Shown here one piece after another: positions 46,953 through 62,617 of a DNA stretch of 64,000 bases. Every line of letters starts with the position of its first letter. The first letter of the stretch is position 1. A program made the position numbers and the translations under genes. Source of the stretch: Octopus vulgaris (taxonomy: Eukaryota); NCBI GenBank assembly GCA_951406725.2, contig OX597816.1, forward strand, positions 170,376,001-170,440,000, given 5' to 3'. Below the pieces are notes generated by a model. The model had not been told where the DNA came from and searched no databases. It worked only from the letters and a program-made list of their open reading frames with translations.

Positions 46953-49376
46953 CGAAAATACAAAATACACCACATTTATGAACGGAGATAAATTCTGTCA
47001 CATTATGTTTAAGGAAATTACGTAAGAGATTCTGAGTAACAACATTCTTTGTTTTCTGGTTTGGAGCATAGACAAATAAGTCTGGCAAACTACTAACCCT
47101 GGGGCAACCAACATAAAGTTGACCATGAGAAAAGGAAAGGTCCATTAAATACAAGCCAGTGGATTTCAAAGTCTGACCTTGAGCTTTATTGACAAACATT
47201 GCGAAGCAAAGTCGCATTGGGAATTGTGTTCGTTTGAAATCAAGATAATGCAACAAAACAGAATTGCACTTGCTGTAGCATTGTCTGGCTTTGCTGCCAC
47301 TATTCTCTGAGGAGGACAAGCAGCTCGTTCTGCTTTTAAATTACCACTAAACCTGGTCACAAATGGCAGTCCAATTTGTAACATAAGCAAAGGTTCAGGT
47401 TCATCAGAAGTGTTCCGCTGATGCCTCATTAACATTTTGGGATGAATGCACCATGTCACATAGAGGTGCAATGGAAGCTCTTGGTAAGACCTTACAGGAC
47501 ATAAGAGGCAACAATAAATCTATGGGAGGAGTTACATTACTTTTATCAGGAGACTTCAGACAGACATTTCTAGTCATTCTGAGACGAACAAGATCTGATG
47601 AAATAAAAGCATGCATTAAGTCTTCACACCTATGGAATAAAGTACAGAAATTCCCTTTTTTCTAATTGGAGGAGCCGGGTTGAAAACTGTTTTGCACATT
47701 GGTCCTCATGTAATAAAACTCGCACGTTAGTAGTGAAGGGGAATTTCTGTACTTTATTCCATAGGTGTGAAGACTTAATCGATGCTTTTATTTCATCAGA
47801 TCTTGTTCGTCTCAGAATGACTAGAAATGTCTGTCTGGAGTCTCCTGATAAAACCAATATTACTCCTCCCATAGATTTATTGCTGCCTCTGATGTCCTGT
47901 AAGGTCTTATCAAGAGCTTTAATTTCACCTCTATGTGACATGGTTCATTTATCCCAAATCACCAAATGGCATTGGCGCAACACTTCGGATGAACAGAATA
48001 GACTGTCATTTGTGACCAGCTTTAGTGGTAATTTAAAAGCAGAACGAGCTGCTCGTCCTCCTCAGAGAATAGTGGCAGAAAAGCCAGACAATGCTACATC
48101 AAGTGCAATTCTGCTTTGTTGCATTACCTTGGGGAAAAGCAATGATGTTACAAATATTTTACTCGTGTCACCAGGAGCATCAAGAAAGAAAATTTCTCCG
48201 CTTTCTTCTCTGACTAACAAAATAATTTTATCATATGCACAACGTTGTTCTGGCAGAAGTTTAGGTTCATGTTCATTGACAAATGCAGCAAATTATGTGA
48301 TGTCATAATGTGTCTCTCTTGCTCTATCTCTTGAAGTTGAATTATTAATTTGACAGTTTGTTTTTGGCAGTCCAGAGCTAGACGCTTGCAAATGTTTGCC
48401 TCCCATGGCCAAAACTTGATACTCAATGTCAATCAGTGCTTGGTTAAAAATTGTTCCAGAGAACTGAATATTGATATCTGGGTTTGCCTGTTGAACTGCA
48501 TATTTTAAGTCCTCCCAATGTTTCATCCAAAGCTGTAAGCGACTGCCAGATTGACACGTGTTCAGTATAATTGCAAAACGGTTACGAAGGTTCCTTCGAG
48601 AATCTGATACTGATGCTTCACTCAATGCATGGTACCAGTGCTCATCATTCTCTAAATAACCTTTTTGATAGCATGTGTCCCTATAAGTTTCACACACATG
48701 ACTATTTCTCATCTTCCAATCCTGGAGCGATTTAGGATCACGTACTTCAGGCAAAAGATACCGTAAGTAGTAGCACTCTGCTTGGCTTGGCTTGGCTGGA
48801 CACTGTGAGCTCTTGCAACAGCGTCGCCACACGTTTCCTCTTGTGCAATTTATTGTTTCTGCAGGTGTAATACTTGGGTAATATTGGGTAAAGGAATTTT
48901 CTTGCATCTTTATGTACTTGGTACAATTTTAAAAAGGTAGTAAGGGTAGCTTCTTTTGAAGAAAGTGCTTGTTGCAAGGCTGTTTGATTTGTAAAGTTAA
49001 CCCTGTGGCTATTCTTTAGATGGATATTAAGATGAATGATAGCTGAGTTCCTCTCATAAAAGGGAAAATTGAAACTACGCCAAACATTCTCATTGGTACT
49101 AATGTATCTTCCCCTGTCATACTGTGCAACTTCGTCATTCTTATTTATCTGCTGACTGCCAGTCTGCATAAGAATGTATGTTGCAGCTCTAAAAAATTGT
49201 TTGAATATTTGCAAACATTCTTCAAAAGAGTTGCAGAATTCAACATTGAGTATTCGTCTTTGCTTCACTTTAGAATACTGGTCATCTACATCTACCCCCG
49301 TCTCCTCTTGTAGAGAATGAGAACATTGTTTACGGAAACGCTTTTGAAAATTAAAATGGGGGTTAAATAAGTTACA

Positions 49377-49379
<3 letters not shown>
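46953..49379 (-). mobile_element. Helitron RepHel pseudogene (inter-domain region and PIF1-like helicase), internally deleted and rearranged
   Basis: DEVAQY..GRYIS..E.VWR, YYLRYLL, LENDEHW..ALSEA, FFLDAPG, GGV..VLSGD.RQ, RTQFPMRLCFAMFVNKAQGQT, FSHGQLYVGC.RV. The 5' boundary is uncertain. Confidence 0.88.
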
Positions 49380-49445
<66 letters not shown>

Positions 49446-50114
49446 ATATATATATTGTGTGTGTGTGTGTGTGTGTGTGGCGTGCGTGTGGGTGAGTTTG
49501 ATTATTTGTTTTTGTTTCTAATAACTGTTTCTAAATTTAAGAATCATTGTGTAGAATAATGGTTTTTTTATGCAAACACATTAATCTTTTGTTTTTCTAA
49601 AATTAGTTTAAGTTCCTAAACTTTATTAAAATTGTGAACGAAACTGTTCTAGCATGCCTTGAAACCATGGTAACTTTTTTAAAAAATGGATTCAAAAGAA
49701 AGAAAGAAATGGGAAAACGTGACAAATTAAATGAATTTAATAATGCACTTGAAATCAACCAGCTTTAATAAAGTGCAAACAATTGGCGTTGCTTAGAGTA
49801 CTTGTAGCGACAAGTTCAGAAACGTGCTCGAAACGCCTATTTCTAAATACTGGTGTGTCGCATGATGAGAAAAAAGTGGAAATAGAAACGAAAATATTAA
49901 ACTAAAAGAAACAGCAACTAGAGATGCATATCATCATGCAATTATACTGAGCAGCTTAGAGTTATAAAGACAGATATAGAAAGAATGATGGAAACAATGT
50001 GCAAAAGAAAAGAATAATACAACACACAAGAGAAATTACTCAAAAATATTCCTTTCTTTACGGGTCGTCTTGTGGTGAAACATACAGTCAGCGCATATGC
50101 ATAAATATATGCAA

Positions 50115-50189
<75 letters not shown>

Positions 50190-50996
50190 AAGATTATCTG
50201 CTAAATTACATATTAAAGGGTGGAAGATAATTTATTCATTCATAAAGAGGCTTTTAAACAGATTTGCATGCATAAGTGTGGCTTCATTCAGATCATGCGA
50301 TTGTTTTCGCATCCTGTTGCAAAACATTTAAAAACAATCCTGTGACCTGAGGAGGACACTCCTAGATATAAACATCTGCTTACAAAGTTCTAAGTGCATC
50401 AATAAATTCTAAGCAATAACATTGCCACAAATTTAATCAATAAAAATTTATCCAGACCACAACTTCATCACAACCCAGCGTACAAATCCAGTTATCACTG
50501 CTCTCAAACCCACACACGCGAGTCAGGTTATAATTCATCAGAGAATATATAGAGCCAAGATTAACTAGAATGGTCGAAACTTTTAAGTCACTTATAAATG
50601 ATATTCTTGTTTAAGAATGATAAATTTGTACTGTACAAAAGTATAAAGTAACCCATCAGATTAATGTAAAATTGTTTTAATAATAACTGAATATAAAACT
50701 TAACACACATAGATATACGTTTGTGTGTGCGTGTATATACATATATATATATATATATACATATATATGTACAGACACATATATATATATATATATACAA
50801 AGGTATATATATATATATATATGCATATATATCTATACATATATATACATATATATATATACATATATATACATATATATATATACATATATATATATAC
50901 ATATATATATATACATATACATATATATATACATATATATATATATATACATGCATATATATATATATATATATATACACATACATATATTTATAC

Positions 50997-51040
<44 letters not shown>

Positions 51041-51324
51041 TATACATATATTTATGCATATAAATTTATATAAATAAGGATATGATCGTTATTTAAGACA
51101 CCAATCTTATCAGGTGGCTAGCATGGGAACAAAGGTAATAATTATTATTAGCTAGAAATCCGGAATCTGGAATTATCCAGTAATTTTTTTGCTATTCTAT
51201 TTTGTCTCTTTGTCTTCTTTCCTGGTGTTGTATGAACATTAACTTTGTTTTAGAATCAAGTCTTGGCTGCTATATCTAGCGTGGTGGTACCTCTTAGACA
51301 CCCTTAATTATAAAATTAAAAGAA

Positions 51325-51400
<76 letters not shown>

Positions 51401-51507
51401 GTATATATATACATATATACATATACACATATATGTATATACATATAGATAGACATATTATATATATACATACATATGTAGATACATGCACACACACACA
51501 CAAACAC

Positions 51508-51547
<40 letters not shown>

Positions 51548-52046
51548 GTACTCGTACTTTGGACGGTGTAACGTATTATAATGACACACTCCTTTGGATG
51601 TTTTAAGTTGAATAAGCCTGCAGTTAGAGGTCGTTTCAAGTCGATAAACGTAAATTGTATAATTAACAATTTCGTTAGCTGTTTATTATATGGCATTAAG
51701 CAACCTAAATAATGAGTAAAGTGTTTTGAACACAAACTTATCAGTTAGTAATAAATGAAGTTCCATGATATGAGATTTCAACTGCAGTCAGCATTGAGGA
51801 TCCTATATCTTACCTGAAGCATTTTGTAGCATGTACTTATTTTACTTGTAATGCCTGACACAAGAGCATTAAAGCTTTTTTCAATGAAATTCATGTATAT
51901 TAAACAAAAGCAAACAGTTATAGCAAACACACAAATATAATAATGGCATGTACAAAAATAAATGTCAGAGCACGCTTATGAGCGAACAGCGTACGTGAAG
52001 TAAGACGGATCATTATAGATAATATACTATTAACAGCAATTACTCA

Positions 52047-52130
52047 TGGTTTTAGGGTTAGGGCTAGAATTTTAGGGTTAGTGTTTTAGGGTTAATGTTA
52101 GGGCTAGGGCTGGGGTATCAGGGATAAGGT
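52047..52130 (+). repeat. Degenerate telomere-type (TTAGGG)n tract
   Basis: TTTTAGGGTTAGGGCTAG...TTTTAGGGTTA...TTAGGGCTAGGG. Confidence 0.75.
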
Positions 52131-52319
52131 TACGGAAAAGTGAAAAATGAAGAAATTGGAGGTGGGTAAGGGGGATTTTCAAAATTCCGATTTTTGCAAC
52201 TTTTCAGAATCTCCGTATCCGAAAAGCTGGATTTTTGGCAATAATTTTTTAAAATGTCAATGAAATGCTTGTAGGAAGTCTGATTACTAACGGCTACGAT
52301 TTGGCGTAGAAATGAAGAA

Positions 52320-52860
52320 TGCAGGGCTGCTTTACAGACGATATTTTTGGTTTTTCCTTTAGAAGTGTAGATGAATAAATTGTCTGGATGGCTATTTCTG
52401 GAACAACCGTCGTAGAACTGTCTATGGGAAAAGGATGACGATCGAAGACCCAATCCGACAACTTTCAGCGATTGCCCTTGTGTTTTGTTAAATCTGATGG
52501 CAAAGCTGAGTTTGAGCGGGAACTGAAGTCTCCGCATACAGTAGCGGCAGTATGTTGGGATCAGCGGAATTTTCGCAATAAAAATGGTATCGTTTTTCCC
52601 ATGTCCCGTGATAACTTGGGCTTCAATGACGTGGTTCCACTGCATAGAGTGGTTGCATTAAGATTGTATAGGAAGATGACAGTGCAACCGACTCATAAGT
52701 GAAGTTCATGAGGAAGGAGTCCTGCTGGGAGTGGGTAACCTGATCGGGGTCGGTAACGGTGTCAACTGATCTGTAACAACGTTCTTGAGACGGTAGCTTA
52801 CTGCGTAAATAGTAGTTAAGACTGGTGACATCTCCATTTGTAGGTGTAAGAACAGCCTTG
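52320..52860 (-). mobile_element. Helitron-type PIF1 helicase C-terminal fragment
   Basis: VIEAQVITG...IFIAKIPLIP...RRLQFPLKLSFAI.FNKTQGQSLKVVGL.L...FSHRQFY.GCSR...KTKNIV. Confidence 0.85.
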
Positions 52861-53185
52861 TGCTAACGTGCAAGTATTGGTAGTTTGCAGTGAATGGGCA
52901 TTGTAAAAACTGTATAACTGTCAGAAATTTGTATGTGCAAAAGCAGAAATATATATAATAAGGATTAATTTCTGAAGGTATTTAAAAATAATAATTAAAA
53001 ATTGATTGAAATTGCATGGCAACCTCAAGGGAGTGCTAATGTGCAAATAGCAGCGGTTTGCAGTGAATGGGCATTGTAAAACTGTAGTAGAAGACGAAGT
53101 GAAAGTAGTATAACTACGTCATCAAGAGTAATGTGCCTTGAAGCAACGATCGTTGGTATTTGTAATTTACCAAATATATATATGT

Positions 53186-53703
<518 letters not shown>

Positions 53704-55153
53704 TATGTATATATATGATATACATATATATATATATAAGATATATATATGACATACATAAGATATATATATCTTATATTTATTTATAAGATATATATAT
53801 CTTATATTCATATATATAAGATATATATAAGATATATGTATATATATGATATATATATACATACACACACATATGTACATACATGTACACTACCACACCC
53901 ACCCACACAAAAAACACACACTTAATCGGCAGTATTGACAAAGACACGAGAAAATGTTTCGTTATAATTATTTTTGATAGGCAACATTTTTTGTGATAAA
54001 CAAAACATCGCAGCTTAGACATATATTTAATTGGAAAGTCGTTCATTCAAAAGCTTTGATATAACGTCAAGAAAAATTCACGTATATAGAATTTAAACTT
54101 CATTTTTTTTAAATATTTCCTTTGAAAAATGTTTGTTTAAACTGAGTTGTGTAATTTTATATATTAGATACATAGAGAGTTTGGGCTTTTAACCTTTGTA
54201 GTGTACTTGCATCTTGGAGATTTTTATTGTGAATCTCTAAAGAAACTTTTTGTTTAGAATTATTTAGTCATAATTTATATACGCCAGTATATCTCTGTTG
54301 TTCAGACGTTTGTCAGCAATCATTTTGTTCAGAATTGAGTCATAGTGTGTGGCTTCTCGCTCGAACGTTTTCCACCTTCTCCTCTTATACACCAAAGACT
54401 TATGTGAGAAATTTGGTGGACGAAAAATGCGTCAAAGTTTGTAGGCAATTACTGTTTTTGTTTGTAGATTAACTTCTTTATCCAGTTAGGCACCACTGTC
54501 TAATGCTTTGGATATATATGTAGTGGAGTCGACATTGCCACAACTACATCAACTAATTCTCCACTCAAAATGTATCTTCTTACAAGAGTTGGTGTTCCTG
54601 TAAAATGCCTTAACTCCTGTAACTTGACTATTATAAATATAAATAAAAGTAATCTATCAAATTTTACATAACTTCTTTTTTAAAAAATTGTTCTATAAAA
54701 CCGATTGAAATGTATTTATGTGAATGCAAAAGTACCAAATAAACAATTAATAGTTTATCACACTGAAATATATTGATATATAGTTTTGTGGCTTTTTTTT
54801 TCTTTTCTTAAAATCTCGCCGTTTAAAAACTACATTTAGAAATTATCATTATTCCCGTCGTATATCAGACTACCAGTTTTGTTTCATTGACTTTCTTAAA
54901 GAAACATTAACTGATTTTTTTTATTCTTATGGAAATATATTTGCAACAGTTATATCACAACTAAATGAAGCTGTATTATGTTACAGTGGTGTGTTATTTA
55001 ACGAAGCAGGATGGAAAAGGCATTACTTCAGAAATGAGTTCAGATACGTTTTAGAATTAATTTAATTTAAGTTGACGTCCCTTCCATAATAGTTGCAGGA
55101 AAGAATTGTTATTTTATTTATTATTAGCAGCGTTAGTGAAATGAGGACTTTAA

Positions 55154-55370
55154 CCCTTTAGCATTCAGATTATTCTGTCAAATATAATATTTATTCATCC
55201 ATATTGTTTTAAGCTAATCGTGCATTATTTCGTAGTTTTAAGATTTCGATGATGTTATCACCTGCTTTTAGATTGACATTATAGGTTGGTTTTATACCAA
55301 ATCTGGGCAGTTTTAACAGAAAACAGGTAGATTATTTGGGCCGGATATGGCCGGTTTAAACACTAAAGGG
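55154..55370. mobile_element. piggyBac-type MITE
   Basis: TTAA|CCCTTTAG...CTAAAGGG|TTAA: short TIRs with CCC/GGG ends and a TTAA TSD (55150-55153, 55371-55374). Confidence 0.75.
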
Positions 55371-56095
55371 TTAAAACACACTGTTAACTGATTATGAATG
55401 CTGTAGGACGATCGCAAAGGAATCACTCTTTAAATAATTCTCCAGCAATGTTTGCCAGCGAGATTACATTTTAGATTCATCCGAAGTTATTTCGTTATAC
55501 GACAAATGCTACTAGTACATGTTCCTTACAAGTATCGAATTTCTCCACCACACATATTTTGATGCTTTGTTTCTAAGCCATATATCAATATATTTCAGTG
55601 TGATAAACTGCTAATTGTTTATTTTGTACTTTTGCATTCACATAAATACATTTGAATTGGTTTCATAGAACATTTCTAGAGAAACATAGCAACTTCAGTC
55701 TATGGTGAATTTCTTTGACTAGCAACCAATATTTATTATTGAATGCCATAAATATAGAATATATTTAGCTTGATATAATTTTACAAAAAAACAAAAATGA
55801 TTTATGTCTGACTATTTTTTCTCTTTATCGATTGATTAAATATTTAGCAAATATTGATTCGAAACTGTTTGCGGTAATGATTAATTTGCACTATTTTGTT
55901 GAAGTTTTACTTGAAGACTGTCTTTGACGAAATGTGTTCCACGTATAGAATTGTGGAAAGCAATATTTGAAGTCAAGTACTTTTCTGAAAACATTCTTCA
56001 AGTAAATGCCTAATGAAATTGATAAAAAAATTAATTATTTTTGTTAGATTTCTATTATGGAGGAGCAAAGTCTAACGGTTAGGTATAATAAACTT

Positions 56096-56551
56096 GGGAT
56101 CTTTTCAGTTTGAACGGCAGTTTCTAACATAATTTCTAGGTAACTAAAAAATGTTAAACTTCGTATACTGGTAGAATGTGTTTATAAAACATCTTTTTCT
56201 CTTGGCTTTATTGGGAAAATACTATAGTTTGTAAGATATTTGTTGTTTTTTTCTTCAATGTCTGCAATTTCAACCAATCACTGACGTCCATTGAGGTAAA
56301 AAACATTCTTTGTCGTATGAATATGTCCCTCGTTTAATAAACAGATTGGGTTTATTTACATTTGTGAAGAAAAAAGATACCCTTCCCCCACCTCTAACCC
56401 TAACCCTAACCCTATCTCTAACCCTAACCCTAACTAACCCTAACCCTAAAACAGATTGAATTGCAATAGATCGATACTAAGGTCATAATTATGGGTGACA
56501 ATTTCATATGACACCACTAGAAAAAACTGAGGTTCAAACCGAAAAGAGCCC
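56096..56551. mobile_element. MITE with ~30 bp TIRs and internal (CCCTAA)n
   Basis: GGGATCTTTTCAGTTTGAAC..CAGTTT versus AAACTG..GTTCAAACCGAAAAGAGCCC. (CCCTAA)n at ~56392-56449. Confidence 0.8.
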
Positions 56552-56891
56552 CTAATGAAATTGATAAAAAATTTTATTATTTTTGTTAGATTTCTATTAT
56601 GGAGGAGCAACGCCTAATGGTTAGGTATAATAAACTTGCGATAAGTATGGCGTGGGATCAATTCTCGGATGGGGCAGCGTGTTATATTTTGCAGCACGGT
56701 ATTTCGTATTTTTCTAGTAAACTTAACCAGAGGAATTAGAACCCGAAAATTAGAACAACGTTTAGCTGATAGAACATTCAAATACGGGGTGTTAAGACAT
56801 TCTGGACAACGTTCAGCCTCATGAGGGTATGGCCGGACAGGCATCTATATACCTAACATGCCAATATCTCTTCTGTAGCTGTATTATATCA

Positions 56892-57299
56892 CTAGCAGCA
56901 TAGCCCGGCGTTGCCCAGCTATGTAAGAGCCCCTAGTAGGCAACGACTAATCCCAATCTAGTTCTTTCCCTGTAGGGAACGAAGGCGCATGTTTAGGTTG
57001 CAATGTCTTCTCTTCACTCGAATACTTCTATGTATACGATGTTCCTAACTGTCTCCCGACAGAAAGTGTGTTGCATATAAAAAGCTTAGATTCTCGACCC
57101 CATGTCGAATTTATCGATTTTTTTTCAGAACTGGGGGAACTTTTATAATTTTCGCTGCGTTAGTTTTGAATTATGACATTGGGCTATGTGTGTGTCAAGT
57201 TTCATCAGAATCGGCTGAAAGCCGTGGTCAGGGTGAGGGTACAACCTGACAGCCACACAGACACACAGACAGACAAACTGCCGTTTATATATAGAGAGA
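56892..57299 (-). mobile_element. Non-autonomous Helitron
   Basis: Minus strand A|TCTCTCTATATATAAA...CTGGGCAACGCCGGG hairpin...CTAG|T. Confidence 0.85.
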
Positions 57300-57650
57300 T
57301 GACTATAACACTGGTGTACGGACCAAACAAAAGAAGCTCGCGAGTTGACCTGAGTAATGCTAGTTAGCTTTATCGTCCTAAATTTCTTAATATTCACGTT
57401 CTTTCGACGAATAGTTGTGCTTATTTTTTGGGGGGAGAATATCTGCAGTAAAATGACAAGATAAAAAGTATTTAGACTAAGATAAATAGGATAATTTGCT
57501 ATGTTGTATAAGTAGCGGCAACAGCACAACCATATTGATAGAGTGCAACCTAACTGTTCACACCAGCTCATTAACTCCGCTATCTAAGTTCTCCGCATCT
57601 ATATATCTATGTGTATACACACACACAAAACACACACACACACATACATA

Positions 57651-58036
57651 TCTTTATATATAAAAGTGAAGTTGTGTGCTATCTGTCTCCTACGATTTAG
57701 ATTCCTAACTACTCCCACATTTTGCGGTGCAGTTTAACCAAAACCGGGTATCTTATAGTCGGGATTCATATCGAGCCCTTCTGGGTATTAGCGCGCATCT
57801 ACGATGAGTCTACGATTTTAAAACAAAATTACCATACTTTTCTCCATTTTAATGCATTTTTTCGGTATTATATAAGGGAAGTAACTCTCTAAAAATGTCT
57901 ACGATGAGTCAACGATTTAAAAAAAATTTCCCATCATTTTTTTCCCATTTTTAATGCATTTTTGGCTATAACTCTCTAAAAATGCTTATATAGTTATTTC
58001 CCTTACAAACCCGAGCAACGGCGGGCGATACTGCTA

Positions 58037-58037
<1 letters not shown>
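57651..58037 (+). mobile_element. Non-autonomous Helitron
   Basis: A|TCTTTATATATAAAA...CCCGAGCAACGGCGGG (58010-58025)...CTAG|T. Internal ~70 bp duplication at ~57798 and ~57898. Confidence 0.85.
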
Positions 58038-58076
<39 letters not shown>

Positions 58077-59469
58077 TTACAGTTTTAATTAATCGGCATG
58101 TGTCCATCATTGATAGTGAACGAAGGCCTAAGCAGTTAATTTATTGTGTGACTCCTCCGATGAATAATCATTTCTACTATAATTACAAGACCTGAAATTT
58201 TGCGGGAGATGGGTTACTCGATTACATTATAACCAATGCTAAAAGGGTACTCAATTAATCGACGACAAAAGGATGAAAAGCAAAGTCGTCCTTGGTGAAA
58301 TTTAAACAGAGAACATAAAGATGGACAAAATGTTGCCAGGCATTTTATTCAGCGAGGTAACGATTTTGCCAACTCACAGCCTTAATCTGCCGATTAATAA
58401 AAAAGCTATATATATACTCAGGTTTTTAATTCTAGTCTCCTGTTTGTATCGTCCTGTGACTCTTCTTTCTAGCGTTATTTTGTTTTCCCCATCTTGTCTA
58501 TATATGGTATCCGTCTCCGCGCATGTGCTTTCGTCTGCGCTTGCCTACGTATTTGGCATATGTATGTTTAACTTGTGTATGTGTGTGTGTCCCGGGTAGG
58601 GGTTTTATATTGCACTACTTGCACAACTTGTAGCTCTGTCACCCTTTTCCCTATGGAATAGTAACACTCCCACCCCAAAAATTAAGGATTGATGTCAGAA
58701 TAGGGCACACGAAAGAAAGGGTGACACAGATACAAACAAAGCAATATAGAACCCCCAACTCCCATTCGCGAGATGCATCTACATGTTCCAAAGACATAGA
58801 CACATACACAGAGGTACAGACGCGAGCACATGAACAAAGATACATATGAGAGAAAGGCAAGATGGAGTAAGCAGAATAACGCCTGAAGGAAGAGGAGACA
58901 GAGAAGAAGAAATAGTGAATGAGAGTCGAAAGAGCCTTGACAAAATAACCAACAATTAGTAATAATAAAGCTGAAGTTAAAGCCAAACAGTGCGTGTGTT
59001 TATTGGCAAATGACTATCCGCAAATATGATGATACAAGTACAAAAACTTAATATACGAAATGAATGTTCAGAAATGTATATTTAAACGGGATCATGACCC
59101 AACAGATGATGAGAAATATGGGTCATTTTCAAAAACATATCTTTTCAATTTAGAAGAAGTATAACTGTACACATGAGTGTAGAAACATAAGCTCATATCA
59201 GAGTTTACATATATATATATATGTATATATAACGCGAGTGTGCATATATGTGTGTGTCTGTCTGTCTGCGTTTGTCCCCCACCACTGCTTGACAACCGGT
59301 GTTGGTGTGTTTACGTCCCCGTAATTTACCAAGGCTTTCAAAACATAAGTACTGGGGTCAATTCGTTGAACTAAATTTGTTCAAGGTGCTGCACCGGCCT
59401 AGCCGCAGTCAAATGACTTAAACAGGTAAAAGAATATATGTGAGCGTTCATATTTTGCTGAATGACACA

Positions 59470-59680
59470 AATGGTTTGTTTATAGTGATGAAATGTTCGT
59501 GCCGCACATCAGCTCGCTCTCTCCATCAGATCACCGCCGTCTGAACAGGTGCACGGTGTGCCGCACGTCGAAGTGATCGCAGAACAACGCGAGAAGTGTT
59601 TAGCTCAATAAAATTGAAAATTACAATCTAGCGATCGTGAGTGCAACACCCTAACCGCGAGGTCATGCGCCCTCACATAT
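59470..59680 (-). mobile_element. Degenerate tRNA-derived SINE
   Basis: Minus strand GAGGGCGCATGACCTCGCGGTTAGGGTGTTGCACTCACGATC resembles the heads at 3816 and 29858. Confidence 0.5.
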
Positions 59681-59845
59681 ATACATACACGCGATTTTCT
59701 GATTACATAATTGATAATTATTTTTATGAACACGGGCAATGAAAATTAACAATGTTGACACCAATTGAATTTGAACTTGGAGAGTAAAAACTCTGTAGTT
59801 GCCTTTCTGTCTCTACATATGTGTGAGTAGAGGGTTGATATGTAT

Positions 59846-60258
59846 AAGCAAAGTAAGACAAGGTGGAAAATGCTAAAATAATTTTATTATGAAGAACATT
59901 TTAGTACCGGTTTCAGCCTTCGCGACCTTTTCAACTTAGAGTAAAGCAGGTAAAACAATTAAATTGTGGAAAAATTAAATGGAATGTTTTTTTTTTATGT
60001 CCATAGTTTTCAAATACTACCAAGATTTCACATGAGTAAAAGAGAGAGAACAGACAGAATGAAGGAAAATGTCCTTGTATTTGAAAACTGGAAATATTTT
60101 TTAAAAAAACATTTCATTTCATTTTTGGCACAATTTAATTATTTTTCATGCTTTACTCAATGCTGAAAAAGTAGCAAAACTGAAACCGGTACTAAAATGT
60201 TCTTCGTGATAAAATTATTTTAGCATTTTAGCACTTTCTACTTTGTCTTATTTTGCTT
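59846..60258. repeat. Fold-back repeat (arms ~59846-59916 and ~60179-60258), probably a Penelope-like terminus
   Basis: AAAATGCTAAAATAATTTTAT..GAAGAACATTTTAGTACCGGTTTCAG is mirrored. Both arms adjoin (C/T)TGAAAA-stem-GAAACCGGTA. Confidence 0.75.
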
Positions 60259-60337
60259 ATATATATATATATACATATACATATACATTTACACACGTAC
60301 ATACATATATACACATATATATACACACACACACACA

Positions 60338-60386
<49 letters not shown>

Positions 60387-61385
60387 CGTGACACCGATGA
60401 GATCAGGATAACATGCAGAAATGTCTGATAAATCAAATTACGTGTTCGGAGAATTTATAGTGGCTTAATATAAGATAATATAATTTAAAAGATATTAAGA
60501 AATGCGAAAGAAGATTATGAAGAAATTATATAATACGAACGTATTTTCATATTAAAATCCTGTCATCACATTGATTATTTGCAAAAATGATCCACTGAAG
60601 GAAAATAGATAGCAAATATAGACATAAAAAAACACTGTATATAACAACGAAATATATCAGAGTAAATCTATGAATTTTAAAAGAAAGTCATGAATCTGTA
60701 GAAAGCCATTAAATCTATTATAATTTTTATGCAACGCTGAGATAGTGATAGAATTAGCTCTTCGTTATTAAACCTGACATGAATAGTATAGAAATTTATG
60801 GAAACTAGAATCTGAAAATGTATGACAATAAGAAACACAATTTTGCGTGTCTCAACATAAAAAGGCATCACCAGTACAAAATTAAATCAATTCATAAAAA
60901 TAGACCGAAGAATTGAAGATAATATAAAGAACAATTCTCATAAATGAAATGGGTGCATTTGGAGTGGTTGTAAAATCAAAATTATTTTAACACATCGCTA
61001 TCACGCGGCTCATATATTTTATTAGAAATGTTCCAACAATAAAAACGTTTCAATTATAGAAATTTTTTGAAAAAATTCAAGTATGTCACAAGAAATATTT
61101 CACTGCCCAAAGCATAAGATAAATTTAACGTTCTTCACTGTATTTTGTTGCATGTTAGCATTAGTCATAACGATGAAGATTGATCACTACTTCAACATGA
61201 CGTGCAAATAAATTGCGTGGATGTTCTACAAATATTACAAACATAAATTAATTACGAAGTCAGTATATACTAATAAATAAATAAGATGAGCTTCCTCGCT
61301 GATTATGGAATTTAACAAAAATTTAATTTTCATATGTCTCACTCGAAGATTTCATAAAAATATAGTATCAAATTGAACATATATA

Positions 61386-62617
<1,232 letters not shown>

